From: Promethearchaeota archaeon
GTDB taxonomy: Archaea > Asgardarchaeota > Lokiarchaeia > Sigyniarchaeales > SOKP01
Direction: 5' to 3'
Length of the DNA stretch: 32,764 nt
Assembly: GCA_016930515.1 (NCBI GenBank)
Contig: JAFGGO010000082.1
Location: 1-32,764, forward strand
Each line of letters begins with the position of its first letter. Positions within the stretch are counted from its first letter, which is position 1. The notes beneath the pieces are model-generated. The model was not told the origin of the DNA, searched no databases, and saw only the letters and a list, made by a program, of their open reading frames with translations. The translations under genes and the position numbers were made by a program. Below are positions 27,167-32,764 of this stretch, piece by piece.

Positions 27167-28027
27167 TCAATCGAAAAAAACGGTAATAATGTCTCCAACA
27201 TTGCAGCCTATGGTGCTTGCCGCAGATCCTTGATTGATTGATATTTCCAAGAATCCGCTGGAACCTTGTAAAAAAAATAATGTTCCTTTAGGCATGGATG
27301 CGAAATGGGACCTAAATTCTCCTGAAAAATCGTTTCCATTGTACCTTATTTTTATTAAATTGCCCTGAGATAATACTAGTGTTGAATCTTTCACACGATT
27401 GCCCTCCAAGGAGACATTAGTCGTTACATTTCCAAAACTATCGATGTAAAAAACGATACACCGAATTTTTTTGTTATCCATATCGAATTGATATTCAATC
27501 GGGTATTTTTCAAGAGTTGAAATTCTAAATGAAGAGCCGAATTTACCAAGCGGCGTTCCCTTCAAAAGATGCGCCCCTACAGGAGCCATTATGTCTCTCC
27601 CGTGAAAAGTCGAAGAAACGGGATTGTTAAAATAAGCATTATCGTTCAATTCAACGCATTCAACGATTTCTTTGGAATCAAATGCTATCGAAAGAATTCC
27701 ATTATTAGGAGCAATAAAATATTGTTGGGATTTCGTCTTGGCACAAATTACTTCACGGTTTCCTCCAACACCGGGATCCACAACAATTATAAAAACAGTA
27801 TCTTCAGGAAAATGTTTACAAGCATTTTTAGTTATATATCCTGCCTCCAAGATTGAAAACGGAGCGATTTCGTGAGATACATCGATAATATTCACATTTG
27901 GATTAATTTTTAGAATGATGCCCTTCATGCTCGCCACATAATGATGTCCCTTCGTCCCAAAATCCGTAAGCAAGGCAATAACACCACGATCCGGATTTGG
28001 TTTTTTAATATTCATGTCAAAAATCAA
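27167..28027 (-). CDS. SAM hydroxide adenosyltransferase (DUF62, fluorinase/chlorinase family)
   Basis: LLTDFG, VVDPGVG..R, PNNG, STFHGRDI.AP, IDSFGN..TN and LEISINQGSA. Confidence 0.93.
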   Translation of the reverse strand: MIFDMNIKKPNPDRGVIALLTDFGTKGHHYVASMKGIILKINPNVNIIDVSHEIAPFSILEAGYITKNACKHFPEDTVFIIVVDPGVGGNREVICAKTKSQQYFIAPNNGILSIAFDSKEIVECVELNDNAYFNNPVSSTFHGRDIMAPVGAHLLKGTPLGKFGSSFRISTLEKYPIEYQFDMDNKKIRCIVFYIDSFGNVTTNVSLEGNRVKDSTLVLSQGNLIKIRYNGNDFSGEFRSHFASMPKGTLFFLQGSSGFLEISINQGSAASTIGCNVGDIITVFFD

Positions 28028-28063
28028 ACGCTCGCAAGAAGGGAATTTGTTCGAATCGTACTT

Positions 28064-28969
28064 TTACTTTTTTTTGAACTTTTGATCGGCGTTGTAGAAA
28101 TCTTGAAGGGCTTTTGATTTCAGGTTGTATTCCTCTTCTTTATCGGCTTCCATGAGTTCTTTCGAGATTTCTGCCGCACGCTTGAAAAAGATGTAAGCCT
28201 TATTAAAGTCCTCATTTTTGATGGCTATAATAGCGTCTTGAAGAGTTTTATCCCGATTCTTGTTAAGCACGGGAATTTTATTGGCGATTTTGGACTTGTA
28301 ATTGAGTACCTTTGTCAAGTCTTTTTCGAGAAATTCATCAGCAACTTCTGCCGATTTTTTAAAAAACTTCGTTGCTTTATCGTAATCGTCCACCTTTAAC
28401 GCTTCTTCTGCTGTTTTGTAGAATTCCGAAATTTTCTTGTGTTCTCCGTTTTGTATTTTTTTTAACAATTCGTCGGCAAGCTTTCGTTCCTTATTACTTC
28501 CGCTAAGCATTTCTTTAACCCTATTTTTTATGCTTTCTTCTAAAGCAACGGGATCCAAGGAGTCCGTGAGGGTCTCCAAGTGTTCGATGTAAATTTCTTG
28601 CAGCTTTTCCTCGAATTCTGTTTGGGAAAGCGAGAGAAAATCTGAAACTTCTAAGGCAGAAGCGGCGTTTCGAAGGGAGGATTGGAACTTTTCTGGCTTT
28701 TCCTCTTCGTATAAAAGCAAGCCAATTATCAACCCATGAGCCTTTCGTGCTAGTTTTCCCTTGAATACGTGCTTGTAAGAAACAAACGAGATATCCTTGA
28801 GTTTTAAAAAATTGTGTTCATTCTTGGAGTGATCCAAATTTAACCTGAGCAAGAGAGAACTCGATAAATCAAATTTAACGCGCTTATCGGCAAAATAATA
28901 CCCTAACACCTTGTGTTCTGAGTCTGTTGGCAATAATATGGCAAAACAACCGCTTGGCACATCGTTCAC
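28064..28969 (-). CDS. Hypothetical protein: longin/uDENN-like N-domain plus two helical (MIT/TPR-like) repeats
   Basis: 301-aa ORF with GTG start; internal repeat AEEALKVDDYDKATKFFKKSAE / AIIAIKNEDFNKAYIFFKRAAE. Confidence 0.6.
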   Translation of the reverse strand: MNDVPSGCFAILLPTDSEHKVLGYYFADKRVKFDLSSSLLLRLNLDHSKNEHNFLKLKDISFVSYKHVFKGKLARKAHGLIIGLLLYEEEKPEKFQSSLRNAASALEVSDFLSLSQTEFEEKLQEIYIEHLETLTDSLDPVALEESIKNRVKEMLSGSNKERKLADELLKKIQNGEHKKISEFYKTAEEALKVDDYDKATKFFKKSAEVADEFLEKDLTKVLNYKSKIANKIPVLNKNRDKTLQDAIIAIKNEDFNKAYIFFKRAAEISKELMEADKEEEYNLKSKALQDFYNADQKFKKK

Positions 28970-29051
28970 GCTCTCAACATTATTTAAGTAACTATTTTTC
29001 AGTATTGGTTAAAATAGATAAAACCGGGATAATTTATAAAAATTGAGGATC

Positions 29052-29477
29052 TCACGTTCTAAAACTAGCTTGTATGATTCTATTCGTTTCTTCCCTGATC
29101 GATTGGATGATCGTGAGGAGTTGGGCGTAATAAACGTTATTTGCCACCGCCTTGGAAGCGTTTTTAATGTCTTCAATGGCCTTTATTTCTTCTTCCTTGA
29201 TGCTTTCAATTACTTTTTTTTCGTATAAATCTTTAAGCTTGGAATTAAACTCATCGGATAATTCTTGCATGCTCTCAGAAGACCGTGTTCTAAATTGCTT
29301 AAGCACCTCAACGATAAGTCGAATGTTTTCCGTGAGCGATACTGTTTCCTCGCTGAATTTCTGGCTCATTGCATTAATTGCGCTGCTCATATTATTAATC
29401 TGGGCAATCGTACCGTCTAAAGAGGCGGTAATTTGATCGATCTTGCTGATCATTTGTTCTAAGAGTTGTTCTGCCAT
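29052..29477 (-). CDS. All-helical coiled-coil hypothetical protein
   Basis: 141 aa with heptad pattern, no Pro, Cys, Trp or His; GAAGGAAG upstream. Confidence 0.75.
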   Translation of the reverse strand: MAEQLLEQMISKIDQITASLDGTIAQINNMSSAINAMSQKFSEETVSLTENIRLIVEVLKQFRTRSSESMQELSDEFNSKLKDLYEKKVIESIKEEEIKAIEDIKNASKAVANNVYYAQLLTIIQSIREETNRIIQASFRT

Positions 29478-29531
29478 TTTTAATATCTTCCTTCAATAAG
29501 TGTTTTAATTATTTAATTACCTTACATGGAT

Positions 29532-29963
29532 CTATTCTCCGGCAACTTGCTCATCTTCCTCTTCTTCGACCAAGCCTTGTTCTTTCAGAATTTTCACGGA
29601 TTCTATTGCTTCAGAAAGAAGCAAGTTGACGGTCTCTTGATTAAGTACTTCTCCCGCAAGCGAGGAAAAGTTTTCCAGACTTGAAATGAGCGTGTTAAAG
29701 GCTTCCAATCCCAATCCACCCTTTAAAGTTTCGAATTCTTGAGTTACTTTCTTTCCCACCTCCGAAAGTACTTCCAAATGGGACGTTTGCGTCGTTTCAA
29801 TTTCGCCCGAAAAAGTCGTGATTTTTTCCGAGAGGTTTGCGATCTTATCATCGATGTTCCTATTAAGACCATCCAAGGAGTTTTTCAAATCCTGAATTGC
29901 CACTCCAAGTTGCGCAATCCTGTTATATATCGCGTTCAGCAAATCAGTAAGCATTTCCGCCAT
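29532..29963 (-). CDS. All-helical coiled-coil hypothetical protein with acidic tail
   Basis: 143 aa with heptads; starts MAE.L like its neighbour. Confidence 0.75.
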   Translation of the reverse strand: MAEMLTDLLNAIYNRIAQLGVAIQDLKNSLDGLNRNIDDKIANLSEKITTFSGEIETTQTSHLEVLSEVGKKVTQEFETLKGGLGLEAFNTLISSLENFSSLAGEVLNQETVNLLLSEAIESVKILKEQGLVEEEEDEQVAGE

Positions 29964-30187
29964 AAATCATGACCTTTTCGGAAGTTTTCCTCGATTTTTA
30001 AATTTTCTCAAGTTTTTTTCAGAAGTTAACTATTTAATGGGATTTAACCTTTTTAATTTTATTTGCTAGATCCTCCAACGAATTTAAGAGTAGATTTAAA
30101 AGTCGGATTAACATAAAATTTTTATTTTTCCAGTTCTTTTTGACATTATACAAGTTCGCAAATTTGTAAAATCCTTGCGATTAAAGG

Positions 30188-30340
30188 GCTCCCGTAGCTC
30201 AGCTTGGTTAACGAGTACAGGTTTTTGTGCTTGATCGACAAGCGCAGGTCTTATAAATGGCCCGTGGACCTACATTGGAACACATCCGGTCCACGATCAG
30301 TAAAAACCTGAGATCGGGGGATCGAAGCCCCCCGGGAGCA
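30188..30340 (+). tRNA. tRNA-Ile(UAU) with two introns (D-arm 30211-30239; anticodon loop ~30257-30305)
   Basis: GCTCCCG/CGGGAGC acceptor, A73, CAGGT-CT-TAT-AA-ACCTG after splicing, GGGGG-ATCGAAG-CCCCC T arm, BHB motifs at both introns, T-tract downstream, no encoded CCA. Confidence 0.87.
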
Positions 30341-30456
30341 TTTTTCTTCATTCCTTATCAAAGATTATCTTCATACTTTATTCATATTAGAAAAAACACT
30401 TATTTCTTGAAAAAACTAAAAAGAAGGAAAAGATTAAAGAAAAAAGCGGAATAAAT

Positions 30457-31140
30457 TTACATTCTAAGGTTAACCCGCACCAAGCTCAGGACCCACTTCT
30501 TAATTTCCAACAAGTTTTTCAACAGTCCAGCCACGTGAGTTTTAGGGTAGGGTTGTTCGGGCGGCAATCGTTGGGCGAACGTCATCCACTTGTTAAGCGT
30601 GAGTTGCACCAAGCTCGCTCCTTCGGCCTGCATGAACATTGGAACCACGGCCGCACTCTCACGGGCGTCCCCTATGGCAAAATACACCTTGCGACCGATG
30701 GCTTCCACCATCGATAAGTGCGCCGCCTCGTCGAGCTTTCGTTCGACGAGAATGATCTTGAGGAGTTGAGTCTTTGCGTCAGCATCTCTTGAGTTAAACG
30801 CTTCCTTGGTTTCCTTAAAGTTTGTGGATACTTCCTCGTAAAACTTTTCAATACCCCCGTCTTCCGAGCTATAGATAGTAATCTTCAAGTTCTGCTCCAA
30901 TCCTTCCACGAGCGTGAATCGTTTCTGCTTGGAATAATACAAAACAGCTCTTGAACCGCCCTTCTCAGTGTCTTGGGAAAGACTAATGGATATGCACCTG
31001 CTGCTAATGGTATTGCAAGTGTGATAAGCCAACTCAAACGCTTCTTTCGGGCTCAAGGGGGCGTAGTCCTCAACCAGTTCCTTGGAAGGCCATTGGGAGC
31101 TGATAACGCCGTCGAATTGGTCTAACAGTTTGTTTTCCAT
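30457..31140 (-). CDS. Hypothetical protein
   Basis: 227-aa ORF with AT-rich flanks and globular composition; no motif recognised. Confidence 0.7.
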   Translation of the reverse strand: MENKLLDQFDGVISSQWPSKELVEDYAPLSPKEAFELAYHTCNTISSRCISISLSQDTEKGGSRAVLYYSKQKRFTLVEGLEQNLKITIYSSEDGGIEKFYEEVSTNFKETKEAFNSRDADAKTQLLKIILVERKLDEAAHLSMVEAIGRKVYFAIGDARESAAVVPMFMQAEGASLVQLTLNKWMTFAQRLPPEQPYPKTHVAGLLKNLLEIKKWVLSLVRVNLRM

Positions 31141-31269
31141 GGGTTAACTACTCTTATATGTGTTTGATTAAAACGCGAAAAGTGATAATATAACACAAAT
31201 TTTCACTTATATATTTTATTTCTTTGATCGCGACTACTTTTAAATGAGCTTCGTTCCTATTTAAAGCTT

Positions 31270-32634
31270 TTATTTTACGACTTGTTGGTAGGCTTTTTCA
31301 AGCCGCTTGACGGCAGATGTGACGTCTTCTTTAGTTGCACCAATTGCGGCGTTCATCACGATGTAAGGCACGGAATACTCGTCGCTACAAGCCCCAAATT
31401 TACTCTGGGAAGGATTAAACACTCTTGGGCCCGTGACCCTCAAGTTATAAAGTGCCCCACCTAACGCAGTACGTTGATTTTCTTTAAGGCGTTTCAAAGA
31501 CATGGAAACCGCCACGGGATTAAAAATATTCATGACCCGCTCTCCCACGCTGTCGGCAAAAGATTTTAAGAGCACTTCAAGCAATTCTCGATTTTCTTGC
31601 TGTTCTTTCACGAGTCTTTGGTATCCACTCACGCCAAGGGACAACATGGCAACTAGAAAATTAACAACGGGAGTTGCGCACGCCCTACCAGCGTAGGCTT
31701 GACTGATCATGTCCACGACGTTCTTGTTTGGAGAAACGATTACCGAACCACCAACGGGCGTTAAGAAATTCTTATCGGTGGATTGGATCACGGCATCCAC
31801 GCGACCCGCGTCCATCGCTACTCGGATCAATTTCATCCACTCGGGACTTTGTACCCCATAGGCGTTAACGATCACATGCACGAGATCTTTCTCTCGAGCG
31901 AATTTGCTTATTTCCTTGATAGCGTCGTGTTCTCTGGGAGGAAAATAGCTCGTAAAAGACAATACGGCAAAGCACGAATCGTCGTATTTCCCTGTTACAT
32001 CTTCAAAAGGTATCCGTACTGCGTCTCCCGACACTTTTCCTTTAGCAATCTTGGGCGTCATTCCAACGAACTCCAGGGCCTTTAACAGGGATTTATGGTC
32101 GATTTGAGGTACGATCACGCACTTCTTGTGTTCATTCTCAGGATCACCAATTTTGGGCTTTAAAGCGCTTAAAGTCAAGGCTAACGACATTCCAGTGGCT
32201 AAAGGCACGACTAATGCGCCCTTCACACGGGGTAATCCGAAAGTCTTGAAAAAATTCCTCGCCAGATAATTTGAAAGTTCGTACATGATCGAGGCCCCAG
32301 GCGCCTTCGGTTGGGGTGCAGATAAATAGCCGCTCCTACCCACGCCGTGACAAAACCCCGCCGAAGTCTTTAAATGAATTTTAGATGCGATTCTTGCCTC
32401 TCGTTCGCCCACTCTCGAGGCACTTGAGTCCTTATCAGTGTCCATGTTCGATAACATAGCGAGAAATACCTCGATCTGCTCGTCGCTCCATGGTTCTCGC
32501 GGAACTGCCTTTTGTTCGAGCAAGACTTTCATTGGACCTAAGAAGTCGTTTAGGATCGTTTGTCCCCGACGAAGCATGTTTTCGGGAATCGGCGAGTTTA
32601 AAAAATAATCAATAATTTTACTGAAATCAACCAT
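31270..32634 (-). CDS. spcS: O-phosphoseryl-tRNA(Sec) selenium transferase (SepSecS)
   Basis: VGEREAR, HGVGRSG....QPKAPG.S, P.ATGMSL, NAYGVQS, GRVDAVIQSTDKNFLTPVGG (PLP Lys) and YAGRA. Start set at ATG 32634. Confidence 0.95.
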   Translation of the reverse strand: MVDFSKIIDYFLNSPIPENMLRRGQTILNDFLGPMKVLLEQKAVPREPWSDEQIEVFLAMLSNMDTDKDSSASRVGEREARIASKIHLKTSAGFCHGVGRSGYLSAPQPKAPGASIMYELSNYLARNFFKTFGLPRVKGALVVPLATGMSLALTLSALKPKIGDPENEHKKCVIVPQIDHKSLLKALEFVGMTPKIAKGKVSGDAVRIPFEDVTGKYDDSCFAVLSFTSYFPPREHDAIKEISKFAREKDLVHVIVNAYGVQSPEWMKLIRVAMDAGRVDAVIQSTDKNFLTPVGGSVIVSPNKNVVDMISQAYAGRACATPVVNFLVAMLSLGVSGYQRLVKEQQENRELLEVLLKSFADSVGERVMNIFNPVAVSMSLKRLKENQRTALGGALYNLRVTGPRVFNPSQSKFGACSDEYSVPYIVMNAAIGATKEDVTSAVKRLEKAYQQVVK

Positions 32635-32657
32635 GAGGAGCACTTTATTATTAATAA

Positions 32658-32764
32658 TGGCGGCCCTCGAGGGGAATTTCGATTTTCTGTCAATCAGAAA
32701 ATATTATCGAACCCCTATCCCTCCGCAGGATAACTGGGTTTGAAGCCCAGCGTCAGAGACCACT
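32658..32764 (-). tRNA. selC: tRNA-Sec(UCA), 5' end cut by the window, with 30-nt T-loop intron (32676-32705)
   Basis: CTGGG-CT-TCA-AA-CCCAG anticodon arm, long variable arm, 4-bp T stem GGGG/CCCC, 9-nt acceptor 3' strand, G73 and CCA; adjacent to SepSecS. Confidence 0.93.

Noticed and set aside
30257-30454. 65-aa ORF
   Set aside because: Overlaps the tRNA-Ile gene and its terminator.
1-32764. CRISPR array, transposase, integrase or tRNA-linked island
   Set aside because: No regularly spaced repeats, mobile-element ORFs or duplicated tRNA 3' ends were seen.

Overview
Core-genome window of an AT-rich archaeon, most likely an Asgard archaeon of the Lokiarchaeia/Promethearchaeia type. That assignment is an inference from archaeal r-proteins, SepSecS beside a 9/4-fold tRNA-Sec with a T-loop intron, bacterial-type AroK, and several longin-like and zinc-ribbon orphans. 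It contains aroK/aroE, tmk, an isopropylmalate/homoaconitate dehydratase pair, the rpl11-rpl1-rplP0-rpl12 operon followed by secY and a DUF106/EMC3-like gene, leuA, rpl34e-cmk-rpl14e, rtcA, a Nudix-NMNAT fusion, a DUF62 enzyme and SepSecS. It also has three intron-containing tRNAs: Ser-GGA, Ile-UAU (two introns) and Sec-UCA. No mobile element or CRISPR array was seen. The top observation is an unannotated 35-codon uORF upstream of leuA ending in LLMLPELLLLL-stop, followed 3 nt later by a long GC-rich hairpin. This is the layout of a leucine-sensing, ribosome-dependent attenuator, a mechanism not well established in archaea. Other notable signals are a K-turn-like hairpin in the rpl14e leader, a multibranch leader upstream of rpl11, a eukaryote-style tRNA-Ile(UAU), and a tandem trio of LITAF-like zinc/membrane-hairpin proteins. 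All structures were paired by eye; no folding or database searches were run.
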